From: Mobula hypostoma
Lineage: Eukaryota
Length of the DNA: 64,000 nucleotides
Assembly: GCF_963921235.1 (NCBI RefSeq)
Contig: NC_086118.1
Coordinates: 26,290,001 to 26,354,000, forward strand
Direction: 5' to 3'
Under the pieces are notes generated by a model. The model made no database searches and was not told where the DNA came from. It saw only the letters and a program-made list of their open reading frames with translations. The position numbers and the translations under genes are program-made. This document shows, piece by piece, positions 13,342 to 26,226 of this stretch (its first letter is position 1; every line of letters starts with the position of its first letter).

Positions 13342-14520
13342 AAACAAGAGAATATCCGCAGATGCTGGAAATCCAAACGACAAACACAAAATGCTGGAGG
13401 AACTCAGCAGGCCAGGCAGCATCTATGGAAAAGAGTACTGTCAACGTTTCCGGCCGAGATCCTTCAGCAGGTCTGGAGAGAAAAAGTGAGGAGTAGAGTT
13501 AAAAGGTGGGGGAGGGGAGGGAGATACACTAGGTGATAGGTGAAATCGGGAGGGGGAGGGATGAAGTAAAGAACTGGAGGTTGATTGAGGAAAGAGATAT
13601 AGGGTTGGAGAAGGGGGAATCTGATTGGAGGGGACAGAAGGCCATGGATGAAAGAAAAGGGGGGAGGAGCACCAGAGGGAGGCGATAGGCAAGCAAGGAG
13701 ATAAGGTGAGAGAGGGAAAAGGGGAAGGAGAATGGTGACGGGGAGAGGGCATTACCAGACGTTCGAGAATTTGATGTTCATGCCAGCAGTTTGGAGGCTA
13801 CTCAGATGGAATAGAACAGTCGCACCGAACAGTCCTTCCAGGTGAGGTGACACTTCACCCGTAAGTCTGTTGGGGTTATTTACTGTGACTGGTGCTCCCA
13901 GTGTAGCCTCCTGTATATCGGCGAGACCTGATGCAGATCGGGAGACCGCTTCGCCGAGCATCTACGTCCGTCCCCCAGAAAAAGCGGGATCTCCCAGTGA
14001 CTACACATTTTAATTCCACTTCTCATTCCCATTCTGACACGTCAGTCCATGATTTCCTCTACTGTCGCGTCGAGGCCACACTCAGGTTGGAGGAACAACA
14101 CCTTGTATTCTGTCTGGGTAGCCTCCAACCTGATGGCATGAACACTGATTTCTCAAACTTCCAGTGATGCTCCACAACTTCACCATTCCCCATCCCCTTT
14201 CCCTCTCTCACTTTGTCTCCTTGCCACCCCATCACCTCCCTCTGGTGCTCCTCCCCCTTTTTCTTTCTTCCATGGCCTTCTGTCCTGTCCTATTAGATTC
14301 CCCCTTCTCCAGCCCTGTATCTCTTTCACCAATCAACTTCCCAGCTCTTTGTTTCACCCCTTCCCCTCCTGATTTCACCGATTACCTTGTGTTTCTCCCT
14401 CCCTTCCCCCCACCTTTTAACTCTACTCCTCATCTTTTTTCCCACCAGACCTGCTGAAGGGTCTTTGTCTGAAACATCAGTTGCTTGGTCTGCTGAATTT
14501 CTCCAGCATTTTGTGTGTGT
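13342..14520 (+). mobile_element. Penelope-like element: GIY-YIG remnant between inverted terminal repeats, with TSD
   Basis: 13825-14165 encodes VGVIYCDWCSQCSLLYIGET...HFNSTSHSH...LRLEEQHLVFCLGSLQPDGMN. 13342-13815 is an inverted copy of the 3' region. TGACTTAAATGGC (13329-13341) and TGATTTAAATGGC (14521-14533) flank it. Confidence 0.9.
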
Positions 14521-15284
14521 TGATTTAAATGGCCAGTGAGCTTACAGAGACATTGCTTGTAACGTTCTTATTTTCCTTTCTTCCTGTGTTAGCAAGATCA
14601 GTAAATAAGTGATTCGCAATTGGAGAACTGCTAGTTAACAAAGGGTTTCTTTGTATGGATATAAACTCAGAGTGCAGAAGAATCTATAGCCACTGACTTT
14701 CATTTTGCGGAAGTTCAATAAGCTTAATGCTTGAAACCTAATTTTCTCATCAAAGCGAAAAGAAGATCAAACTGACAGTCTTCAATAACTGTTCAAAATG
14801 TTCTCATAAAACTTAAACAAATACATAAAGAAACTTGGAAAATTGGCACATAAATGCCATCTGAATGCAAACATAGATAAGTGTGAAGTATTTTATTGTG
14901 ATAAGGAAAACAAGATTACTTTTTTTAAATTAATGAAACAGTGGAGCAAAACATTTTGGAAGCATTAATGCATAAACCACTGAAAGCTGTGCTGCAGTTT
15001 TACAATGGCCACTACAGAAGTAAACTGAATGATATTTCTAGAGGAACAGAATGGAGGAGGATATCTGACCCATCTGCAAGAGAAACCATCTAGTTCCACC
15101 CACCAAACCACTTTCCAGAGCCTCGCAATTCTTTCTCCAGCAAATACTTAACCAATTTCATTCTAAAGGCTTCAGTGGAACTTGCCTCCAACCAGATCCT
15201 CAGGCAACGTGTTCCAAATCCAACCATCCACTGTGGTGATCCTATTTTTCACATGTCATTTACAGGCCATGTGTTCAGCCCACT

Positions 15285-17695
15285 GCTGACACAACAGTGG
15301 TTGGCCTTATCAAAAGTGACAATGAGATGGCATACAGAGGCAGAGTGACTGGTTGAATGGTGTAAACACAACAACTTGAGTCTCAACACGGACGTCTGCA
15401 GTCTTAGGTAGGTGCGGGCTCACTGCACATGCATAGCTCCTCTGTGGGTAGAGTTAGGAGCCCCAAGTTTCTCACCTGGCCCCGCAACAACACCTCTTTG
15501 GTCAACAAAGCTCCCCAATGTCTCTGTTTCTTGAGGAGAAATGAGGCTGGTGAGGGTGCCCCACCCCAGAACTTTAACTAGTTTTTACAGTTGCACCATT
15601 GAGAGTGACCTAACCAGCTGCATCACCGCATGGTGCAGGAATCGCAAGGCATCTGACTTCAAGTCCCTACAAAGATTGTGAGGGATGCTGACCGGATCCC
15701 ATTTCCATTTATTAGAGATAGTTATCAGGAGCACTGCGCATATGGGCCCTTAGCACTGTTAATGATCCCTCCCATCCATCCAACAATCTCTTTGACCCCC
15801 TACCGTCAGGCAGGAGGTACCATACGATTAGGACAGAACTGTTAGGTTGGAAAACAGCTTCTAAACAGACTACTGAACTCCCTGCCACCATGTCATCATA
15901 CAGTCTAATCATTTATGAAGTGCCAATAATGTTATACTGTTTACTTTTCAACTTGCATCGTATATATACCTTATTATTTGTTAATTTATTTGTGGTAATA
16001 TTATTTTATGTGTTACATATGCGACTTATATGCACTGTGTTGTGTACCGTGATCCAGAACAACATTGTTTTGTTTGGCAGTACAGGTGTCCCCCGCTTTT
16101 CCAACGTTTGCTTTACGAAACTTCACTGTTACGAAAGACCTACATTAGTACCGTTTTCGCTTTCAGAAGGTGTTTTCACTGTTACGAAAAAAAAGCAGCA
16201 CGCGATAAAAAATCAGCGCGCGCCCTGAGCAGCTGCTCTCCCCCGGATTCTCACCGGCATTGCTTAAACACGAGCCTGTGAGCAGTCGTTTGCAAGATGA
16301 GTTCTATGGTATCGGAAAAGCCTGAAAGAGCTCGTAAGGGTGTTACACTTAGTGTAAAACTAGACATAATTAAGCGTTTTGATTGTGGTGAACGAAGTAA
16401 GGACAAAGTGAGTTTGGCTTGTGGAAGTTGACAAAGGTGATGTTGAAGAGGTTTTGGCATCCCATGACCAAGATCTGATAGATGAAAAGCTGATGCAATT
16501 GGAAGAAAAAAGGATAACAATCAAAACCGAATGAGTAATGATAAAGTACGACTTTAAATTTGAAAGGGTATGTCGGTTTACAGGATATTTGGAGGATGGT
16601 TTGAGTCCTTACAAAGAACTGTATGATGGAAAAATGCACAAGGCTCAGCAGTCAAGCAAGCCTTCCACATCAGCCACAGCAGACGACGAACCTCGACCTT
16701 CGACATTGAGGCAGGCAGAGACAGAAGATGACCTGCCTGCCCTAATGGAAACAGACGATGACGAGGTGACACCCCAGTGTCCCACCATCCCAACCCCCAT
16801 GCCACGGACAGATACCGATTCGCGGATAATGCAGCAGTAGCCGGGAAACACACAGCACATCTTTAAGAAAAAAGCCGAAATAAATATGCCAATTAATTAG
16901 GTGCCGCCTGACATCTAATTGTCGGCCGAGATCAGAGACGACGCAATCAGAAATCGGCACTGATCTGGGCCGACAATTACGTGCCGTGCGGCACCTAATT
17001 AATTAGCATGTTTGTTTCTGCTTTTTTCTTAAAGATGTGCTGTGTGCCTCCCAGCTACCGCTGTACCTCTGCATGCTTCGTGGATCGGTATGGGTTGGTG
17101 GCCCGGAGGGTGGGGGCCACTGCACCACCCCAACCTGCGACGACTCAGTCTAACACACCATCATCAGAGTGCTCGGCGCTGTCTTCCCGATTCCGGTAAG
17201 TGATACTATACTGTACATACATTATTTCTACTTTATATAGGCTGTGTATTTTTACATGTTATTTGGTATGATTTGGCAGCTTCATAGCTTAAAGGTTACT
17301 GGAGAGCACTTGCGCCATGTTTTTGCCAACAGCGCGTGCGTGAGATTTTCTGCCGACGGCGCTTGCATGAGATTTTCACTATGGAGAACAGTGCCAGCAA
17401 TGATTGTGGAAAAGTATTTCTACTTTATATAGGCTGTGTATTTATCATATCATTTCTGCTTTTACTATATGTTACTGTTATTTTAGGTTTTATGTGTTAT
17501 TTGGCATGATTTGGTAGGTTATTTTTGGCTCTGCGGACGCTCACAAAATTTTCCCATATAAATAAATGGTCATTACTTCTTCGCTTTACGACATTTCGGC
17601 TTATGAACTGTTTCATAGGAACGCTCTACCTTCGGATGGCGGGGGAAACCTGTATACATGTGTACAGTTGAATGACAATAAAATGAACTTGAACA
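15285..17695 (+). mobile_element. Rex1/Babar 3' fragment whose tail is split by the Tigger (16083-17652)
   Basis: TTVVGLIKSDNEMAYR, FYSCTIESDLTSCITAW and DPLPSGRRY. The tail rejoins across the TA as TTTGGCAGTA|TACATGTGTACAGTTGAATGACAATAAA. Confidence 0.8.
16083..17652 (+). mobile_element. Tigger/pogo-family DNA transposon, internally deleted (non-autonomous)
   Basis: TA|CAGGTGTCCCCCGC...GCGGGGGAAACCTG|TA. From 16297, MSSMVSEKPERARKGVTLSVKLDIIKRFDCGERSKD (CENP-B/psq-type HTH start) is joined almost directly to C-terminal remnants (DVEEVLASHDQDL; ERVCRF...LSPYKELYD). No DDE core is visible. Confidence 0.88.
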
Positions 17696-17949
17696 GGAAC
17701 TTCCTGCTTCACATCTGCAACTTCAATTCCTTGATGCCTTAACCAAGGAAACAATTTCTGAAAAGCCCTGACGGATTACAGCTGGCAATTTCCCCCTGTA
17801 CTTCCCAGGAAGATCCTGTTAACTCATTGACTACTTTTCCCCAGATTTAACTGAAAAACATGTTTAGCTTTGTGTTGGGGCACAGCAGATGTGAATGGGC
17901 ACATCTTCTGATTACGCTGCAGTAATTGTGATCTGGGCTGGACCAAGTA

Positions 17950-20545
17950 ATCACCATAAATTTGGAATATGCTCACACCAGCATGGGTATACCTTGCATA
18001 ATACTTCATTGCTCTTTGGATAGCCAAGGGATTCTAGAAGAATATGAGAGTGATAGATGTTCCTCTCCTGTTCAAAAAGGAATAAAGGTAAGTCCTGCTG
18101 TTGCAGACCAGTCAACTTTCTCACAGTGATAGAAAACTTTCAGAAACATTGATTAACTGAAGCTAGTCAATATCTACTGGATAAGGGCATAAATTGTTTA
18201 ACCAGTTTGATGGATTTTTTGATGAGATAACAGACCTGAAGAGAGTAATGCAGTTTGTTTACATGATTCCAGAAGGCATTTGCAAAAGTGCCATATAAAA
18301 GGCTTATCAGCAAAGGGGAGTAAGCCACAATTTCTACATTTTTGAACAATGGCAATATGATGCAACAACAAGGAGGATATGAGATATAAACAGGCTGCTA
18401 GAATGAAAGAGCAGATGCTTTGCACATTATGTGACATGGAGACAAGCAAGGTGATGTATTTTGGGAAGAAAAATGAGGATAGGTGAAGTACAGTGGTGCT
18501 AGAAAGTTTGTGAACCCTGTAGAATTTTCTCTATTTCTGCATAAATATGACCTAAAATGTGATCAGACCTTCATGCAAGTGCTAAAGTTACATGAGGAGG
18601 ACCCAATTAAATAACACAAAATACATTATACTAGTTCATTTATTTTTGGAGAAAATTTATTCACTATTACATGTATTTATTTTAAAACATACGTGAACCT
18701 CTGGGGTAATGCCTTTTACAAAAGCTACTTGGAGTCAAGTGTTCTAATCAATGAGATGAGATTGGAGGTGTGGGTTGTAGAGGTGCCCTGCCTTGAAACA
18801 AAACTCAAAATGTCAGGTTACTGACAGAGCTTGCTTTTCTCAAGAAAGATCTCTTTTTGTGCACCATGCTTCGATCAGAATAACATTTAGAGCACCTCAG
18901 AAGAAGATATGTAGAGATGCATGAAGCTGGAAAAGGCTACAAAAGCATTTCTAAAGACCCGACTGTTCATCAGTCCACAGTAAGAGAAATTGTCTACAAA
19001 TGGAGGAAATTCAGTACCGTGAAAAAGAACCCAAGGGTAACAGCAAAAGACTTGCAGAAAACTCTAGAACCTATCCATGTGTCCACCATAAGAAAAACAC
19101 TGAACAAGGATGGTGCTCATGGAAGGGCACCATAGAGGAAATCACTGTTCTCCAAAAAAACACTGCTGCACATGTCAAGTTTGCAAAAGACCACCTGGAT
19201 ATTCCACAATGCTTCTGGGACAATTTTCTGTGGACAGATGAGGCAAAAGTCGAACCTTCTGGCAGAAATGCACATTGCTATGTTTAGAGGAAAAAGGGCA
19301 CTGCACGCCAACACCAAAACCTCATCCCAACTGTGAAGCATGCTGGAAGGAGCATCATGGTTTGGAGCTGCTTTGCTACCACAGGGCCTGGGCAGCTTGC
19401 AATCATTGAAGAAACAATGCATTTAAAATTGTACCAGGACATTTTACAGGATAATGTCAGGGTAGCAGTCTGTCACCTGAAGCTTAACAGAAGTTGGATA
19501 ATGCAATAAGACAATGATCTGAAAGACAAGACTAAATCAACAATAGAATGGTTTAAAAAGAAAAAAATTTGTGTCTTGGAATGGCTGAGTCAAAGTCCTG
19601 ACCTTAATCCTATAGAAATGTTGTGGAAGCTAGCAGTTCATGCAAAGAAACCCACCAACATCCCAGAGTAGAAATAGTTTTGTAAGGAGGAATGGCCTAA
19701 AATTCTTCCAAGCCGATGTGCAGGACTGATCAATAGTTAACCGGAAATGTTTGGATGAAGTTATTGCTGAACAAGGGGATCACACCAGTTACTGAAAGCA
19801 AAGGTTCACATACTTTTCCCAACAAATACATGTAATATTGGATCATTTTTCTCAATAAGTAAATGAAGAGGTATAACATTTTTTGTGTTATTTGTTTAAT
19901 TGGGTTCTCCTTATGTAGTTTTAGGAATCGTGAAAATCTGATCGCATTTTAGGTCATATTTACAGTATACAGAAATAGAGAAAGTTCTACAGGGTCACAA
20001 ACTATCTAGCACCATTGTAGAACAAAGTATCTTAGTTTAAAAGGGGTGCAGGATCAGTAGCATCTGTGAGGAAAACACTGAATGAGAAAAGGTAAGTTCA
20101 CAAAGTGGTTTACTTACTATACATAATTCTCAGCTATATCAAAGGAGGTTTGGTGTATAAAGGCAGAGAAGTTATGCTAAATATTTCTAAAAGATCGGTC
20201 TGGCTTCAGAGAAGATGGACCAAAGATCTATCAGAAGTATATAATGATGACGGGTCTAAACAGAGTTAATAGTGCGAGGCTGTTAGATTTGGTGGGGAAT
20301 GGTGGGGGGGGGGGGGTCAAAGACCAGAGATCACTGGGATAAACCAAAAAGTGAAGAGAATTAATTGTGATATGAGAAAGAATTTTTTTAATGCTGCTTG
20401 TGGTTGGATTTGGAATGCACTGCCAAGATGTAGTGGTGGAGGCAGGTTCTGCTGTGACAGGGAATTAGAAAATAGAGATTGAGGAAATATTTGCAAAGCC
20501 ATAGAGAAGGGAGATGTTGCTCTGACGTGATTCCATGATAACATG
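17950..20545 (+). mobile_element. Old, highly decayed CR1 split by the Tc1 at 18491-20017
   Basis: Remnants PLLFKK, RPVNF and DSRRHLQK (decayed DFQKAFDK) before the Tc1; GLVYKGREVMLN and a CR1-like 3' region after it. Confidence 0.6.
18491..20017 (+). mobile_element. Tc1-family transposon (second family) with long inverted repeats; pseudogenised transposase
   Basis: TA|CAGTGGTGCTAGAAAGTTTGTGAACCCTGTAGAA...TTCTACAGGGTCACAAACTATCTAGCACCATTG|TA. Protein remnants: [39 protein letters not shown]. Confidence 0.95.
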
Positions 20546-20617
20546 GGACTGACGAGTATCTTTCCCTCTCACAGTAGTAACTACGTGAGGCGCTGACTCA
20601 AGAAGGCAATACCTGTA

Positions 20618-21970
20618 TTTCCAACACCTCCCTCCCCTTTCTAGATCTTTCTGTCTCTATCTCTGGAGACAGATTATCTACTGATGTCTACTATAAGCCT
20701 ACTGATTCTCACAGCTATCTGGACTATTCCTCTTCTCACCCTGTCTCTTGCAAAAATGCCATCCCCTTCTCGCAATTCCTCCGTCTCCGCCGTGTCTGCT
20801 CTCAGGATGAGGCTTTTCATTCCAGGACGAGGGAGATGTCCTCCTTTTTTAAAGAAAGGGGCTTCCCTTCCTCCACCATCAACTCTGCTCTCAAACACAT
20901 CTCCCCCATTTGACGCACATCTGCTCTCACTCCATCCTCCCGTCACCCCACGAGAAATAGGGTTCCCCTTGTCCTCACTTACCAGTCCACCAGCCTCTGG
21001 GTCCAACACATTATTCTCCGTAACTTCCGCTACCTCCAACGGGATTCCACCACTAAGCACATCTTTCCCACCCCCCCACCTCTGCTTTCCGCAGGGATCG
21101 CTCCCTATGCGACTCCCTTGTCCATTCGTCCCCCCCATCCCTCCCCACTGATCTCCCTCTTGGCACTTATCCTTGTAAGCGGAATAAGTGCTACACATGC
21201 CCTTACACTTCCTCCCTTACCACCATTCAGGACCCCACACAGTCCTTCCAGGTGAGGCGACACTTCATCTGTGAGTCGGCTGGGGTGATATACTGTGTCT
21301 CTGATGCTTTCGATGTGGCCTTCTATATATCGGCGAGACCCGACGCAGACTGGGAGATCGTTTTGCTGAACACCTACGCTCTGTCTGCCAGAGAAAGCAG
21401 GATCTCTCAGTGGCCACACATTTTAATTCCACATCCCATTCCCATTCTGATATGTCTATCCACGGCCTCCTCTACTGTAAAGATGAAGCCACATTCAGGT
21501 TGGAGGAACAACACCTCATATTCTGTCTGGGTAGCCTCCAACCTGATGGCATGAACATTGACTTCTCTAACTTCCGCTAATGCCCGACCTCCCCCTCGTA
21601 CCCCATCCGTTATTTATTTATATACACACATTCTTTCTCTCTCTCTCTCCTTTTTCTCCCTCTGTCCCTCTCACTATACCCCTTGCCCATCCTCTGGGTT
21701 CCCCCCCCCTCCCTTTTCCTTCTCCCTGGTCCTCCTGTCCCATGATCCTCTCATACCCCTTTTGCCAATCACCTGTCCAGCTCTTGGCTCCATCCCTCCC
21801 CCTCCTGTCTTCTCCTATCATTTTGGATCTCCCCCTCCAACTTTCAAATCTCTTGATAGCTCTTCTTTCAGTTAGTCCTGACGAAGGGTCTCCGCCTGAA
21901 ACGTCGACCATACCTCTTCCTAGAGATGCTGCCTGGCCTGCTGCGTTCACCAGCAACTTTGATGTGCGTT
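20618..21970 (+). mobile_element. Penelope-like element 3' part: RT C-terminus, GIY-YIG endonuclease and terminal repeat
   Basis: SNTSLPFLDLSVSISGDRLSTDVYYKPTDSHSYLDYSSSHP...IPFSQFLRLRRVCS (PLE RT thumb), then FICESAGVIYC...YIGETRRRLGDRFAEH...RLEEQHLIF. Inserted into a Rex1 remnant (TACCTGT on both sides). Confidence 0.93.
21873..21910 (+). ncRNA. Minimal type-I hammerhead ribozyme motif in a Penelope terminal repeat
   Basis: GUC-CUGACGA-AGG-GUCUCCG-CCU-GAAA-CG-UC-GAC: intact core, stem II AGG/CCU, palindromic ACGU stem III, stem I GUC/GAC. Confidence 0.78.
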
Positions 21971-22350
21971 ACCTGTTATCAAAGATCTTTTTCATCCCGG
22001 CCATGCCACCTTCCTTCAGCTACCACAGGGCAGGAGGTACAGAAGCCTGAAGTCCCACAACACCGCTCAAGAACAGCTACTTCTCTTCATCCTTTTTGTT
22101 CTTGAGCCAACTTGCACAAGCCAAATTACTGCCTCAGTGTCGCAACACTAAGACCACTTTGCACAGCAATGGAAGTTTTGTTCTAGTTGTGCTCTTTCTT
22201 GTAAAAAATTGTGTCTAATTTATGATGAATGTATGTTTTTCTTGTGAATGTGTGCATATGATGCTATGCGTCTATGACACTGCTACGAGTAAGTTTCTCA
22301 TTGCACCTGTGTATACGTGTACTTGTCTGTACAATGATAACCTGAACACT
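21971..22350 (+). mobile_element. Rex1/Babar 3' remnant
   Basis: IKDLFHPGHA...LPQGRRYRSLK followed by a Rex-like tail. Confidence 0.7.
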
Positions 22351-23109
22351 GACTTTGCCTTAGATGAAGCCCAAAGAATGTTTAATATAGATCTTTCCCA
22401 TAAGGTGCAAATGAAATGGGAATCAATCAGAAGTAGAACCCACTACTCACACATCTGGCCCTTCTACAGAAAAGTCATACAAATTCAAGTTTAAATGGGT
22501 GAAATAAATGCATACTTTAGTAGCAACCACTTTTAACGGGTTAAACAGGATGATACTGCTCAAGAGAGACAATAGATCATACACAATACATAATAAATAT
22601 TCCATTTCAACAATTGTAGAGATCAAGGCATGGCATCATAATGCAATGGCCTTTAAGGGATGGATACATTAGCTCCTGCAGTTCATAACATGAAGCAAAT
22701 GGTCTAATCCAGAAGATTTTAGATTTTGAGTGTACTTTTTCAATGGTGTTGATTCCTTACTGGAGACATTAAAAATGTGACATGAATATGAATGAAAATT
22801 CTACAAAACCTCATTACTTTTAACACTAAATCCATGTCAAATATGAGCGGAAAATTGTTAAGGAAATTACAGTGAGGATAGTAAAGGTACAGATCATTTT
22901 CAACGTGTCAGAAATTGGACCTTGGTTGAACTTGATTAAAAACTAATTCACTAATATCAAAAATCTATGTATCATTTATGTACTAGAATAGCTGGTTTGA
23001 TGTTAGATAGTTTTAGGGGAATATTAAAGTAAAAAAAAAACAGGTTTTTTTAGAATTTACTTGGATATGATGGAAGAATTTTATTCACAAAGCCAGCTCC
23101 TGACAAATT

Positions 23110-23290
23110 ATAGAGACACAAAACACTACAGATGCCTGAGGTAAAAACAAGCTGCTATAGAAACTCAGTTGTTCAGGAAGCATCTGTGGAGGCAGAGGAA
23201 TATTTGATGTTTTTGGTTGAGAAACTACATCCCTCATAGATAGTGCCTGACCATCAGAGTTTTTCCAGCAGTATATTTTTTACTCCGAGC
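23110..23290. mobile_element. Old, decayed fold-back Penelope terminal repeat
   Basis: CTACAGATGC...AACTCAG...GCATCTGTGGAG on the left, then the inverse ATAGATAGTGCCTGACCATCAGAGTTTTTCCAGCA. Confidence 0.5.
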
Positions 23291-23454
23291 AGATTATATT
23301 GATGGCAGTGTTGATGTATGACCTGATGCATTCATTGTGATGCTGATATTAATGTGCTTAAAAACTAGAACTGTCAAAACAAGAATGATGTCTGATCAAC
23401 CTGTCAACTACGCAGAGACATCCTGTTCTTGAATGAGCAGGCTTTTGATTACTA

Positions 23455-26220
23455 CGAATAAGACCATAAGACACAGGAGGAGAATGAGGCCATCTGGCCC
23501 AAATGAGCCGGCCCTGCCACTCTATCATGGCTGATTTATTATACTTCTCAATCCCTTTCTCCTGCCCTCTCCCCATAACCTTTAATGCCCTGATTAATCA
23601 AGAGTCTATCAACCTCCACGTTAAATATACTCAATGACTTGGCCTGCACAGCTGTCTGTGGCAATAAATTCCAGATTCACCATCCTTTGGCTGAAAAAAA
23701 AATTCCTTATCTCTGTATAAGCAGCTGTCCCTCTATTCTGAGGCTGTGCCCTTTGGTCTTAGACTCACCCACTATAGTTTACACCTTCTCCATATCTACT
23801 CTATCTAGGCCTTTCAATATTCGATAGGTTTCAATGTGATCTCTCCTCATTTTTCTGAACTCCAGCAAGGTCCACAGCCAAGCACTCCTTGTATGTTAAC
23901 CCTTTATATCCTGGGATCATTCTCATGAACCTCCCTGTACCCTCTCCAATGCCAGCATGTCTTTTCTTAGACAAGGGGCCCAAAGCTGCTCACAATGCTC
24001 CATGGGCGGCATGACATCCTTGCTTTTGTAATCTAGTCTTCTCAAAATTAATGTTAACATTTACTTGCCTTCCTTACCAGCAACTCAACCTACAAGTTAA
24101 CCTTTAGGGAATCCTGCACGAGGACTCCCAAGTCCCTTTGCACCTCTGATTTTTAAAATTATCTCTCCATTGAGAAAATAGTCCATGCCTAATTCTTCCT
24201 ACCAAAGTGCATGACCATACATAGTAGTCCATCTGCCACTCCTCTGACCATTCTCTCACTCTAAGTCTTCTTGCAGACTCCCTGCACCCGCAACACTACC
24301 TGCTCCTCCATATAAGTGCATATCATCCGCAAACTTGGCCACAAAGCCATCAATTCCTTAATCCAAATTATTGACATGTAACATGAAAAGCAGTCCCAGC
24401 ACTACTAGGAACAGTACTAGTCACCTGTAGCCAAAAAGAAAAGGCCTCCTTTATTCCCACACTCAGCTTGCTGCCAGTCAGCCGATCTTTTATCCTTATT
24501 GGTATCATTCCTGTAATGCCATAGCTTCTTATCTTGTTAAGCAACATCATGTGCAGCACCCTGTCAAAGGCCTTCTCAAAATCCAAATAAACAACATTCA
24601 CTGACCCTCCATTGTCTATACTGCCTGTTACTTTCTCAAATAATTCCAAAAGATCTGTCAGGCAAGATTTCCCCTTTTGGCTGACTTTGGCCAATTTTGT
24701 CATGTGTCTTCAAGTACCTCAAGACCTCATCCTTAAAAATGGACTCCATCATCTTACCAACCACTGAAGTCATGCTAACTGGCCTATAATTTCCTTTCTT
24801 CTGCCTCCCTCCCCGCTTAAAGAGTATAGTGACATTTGCAATTTTTCAGTCCTCCAGAATCTGGTGATTTTTGGAAGATCTTTACTAATGCCTTCACAAT
24901 CTCTTTAGCTACCTCTTTCAGAACCCTGAAGTGTAGTCCATTTGGTCCCGGTGATGTATATACCTTTAGACAATTAAGATTTCCAAGCAACCTCTCCATA
25001 ATAATAGCAATGACACTCACTTCTGCCCTCTCGCATTTTAGCATTGTTAGTGTCTTCCACAGTGAAAACTGACGCAATATACTAATTAAGTTTGTCCACC
25101 ATTTTTTTGTCCCACATTACTATCTAGCCAGCATCATTTTCCAGCGGTCTGATATTCACTCTTGTCTCTCCTTTACTTTTTATACAGTATATCTGAAAAA
25201 AACTTTTTATATTGTACATCTTCTTTCATATCATTGCCTGGCTTACCTTCCTACTTCATCTTTTCTCTCTTTATTGCTTTTTTATTTTTTATTTTTTTAA
25301 AGGCTTCCCAATCCTCTGCCTCCACTAATTTTTGCAATATTATAAGGCCTCTCTATCACACTTATTCTTTTTGACTTCCCTTTTCAGTCACTTTTGCCTC
25401 ATCTGCCATTTAGAATACTTCTTCACCTTTTGAATGTATCTTTCATAAACCTTCCAAATTGCTCCCAGAAATTCCAGCCATTGCTATTCTGTGAGTGCCC
25501 ACAACCAATCGACTTTGGCCAGCTTCTCTCGCATGCCTCTGTAATCCTCTTTACTCCACTGTAATACTGATACATCCGATTTTGGCTTCTCCTTCTCAAA
25601 CTGCAGGGTGAATTCTATTTTATTATGATTACTGCTTTCTAAGTGTTCCTTTACCTTAAGCTCCCGAATCAAATCCAGGTCATTATATTACACCTAATCC
25701 AGAACTGTCATTTTCCCTAGTGGGCTCAACCACAAATTGCTCTAAAAAGCTGTCTTGTAGGCATTCTACAAATTCCCTCTCTTGAGATCTAGCACCAACT
25801 TGATTTTCACAACCTGCATGCATATTGAAATCCCCCGTGATTATTGCAACATTGCCCTTTTTACATATATTTTCTATTTCCCGCTTTAATTTGTAGTCCA
25901 CATCCTGGCTACTGTTTGGAGGCCTGTATATAACTCCCTTTCCCTCTCCAGAGAGTCACCCAGGTATCTGCCTCCTGCAACTTAAAGGTAACTACCTGCC
26001 TTTAGCTCCTATCACCTCCTCATTCTCCCATATGAGGCAAAAGTCCCAAAAATAATCCAGCTGCAGCTCCAGTTCCTTAACACAGCCTAAAAGGAGCTGC
26101 AACTTGGTGCACTTCATGTAGATGTAGTTATCAGGGAGATTAGAGGTCTCCCAAAATTCCCACATCTCACACAAACAGCATAACAGTAACTCTGGACACA
26201 TTCTCAGCTCACTAACTATG
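23455..26220 (-). mobile_element. Long decayed CR1 LINE (ORF1 remnant, endonuclease, RT, 3' tail)
   Basis: ORF1-like CCLCEMWE...KCTKLQLL...VKELELQL (25992-26201); endonuclease IITGDFN...FVECLQDSFLEQFVVEPTR; RT KGKSCLTDLLE...YLDFEKAFD; ATAAGACCATAAGA tail at 23455. Confidence 0.9.
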
Positions 26221-26226
26221 TATTAT

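Noticed and set aside
20674..22050. Overlapping 100-174 aa ORFs
   Set aside because: These are alternative-frame or antisense readings of the Penelope RT/GIY-YIG and its pyrimidine-rich repeat.
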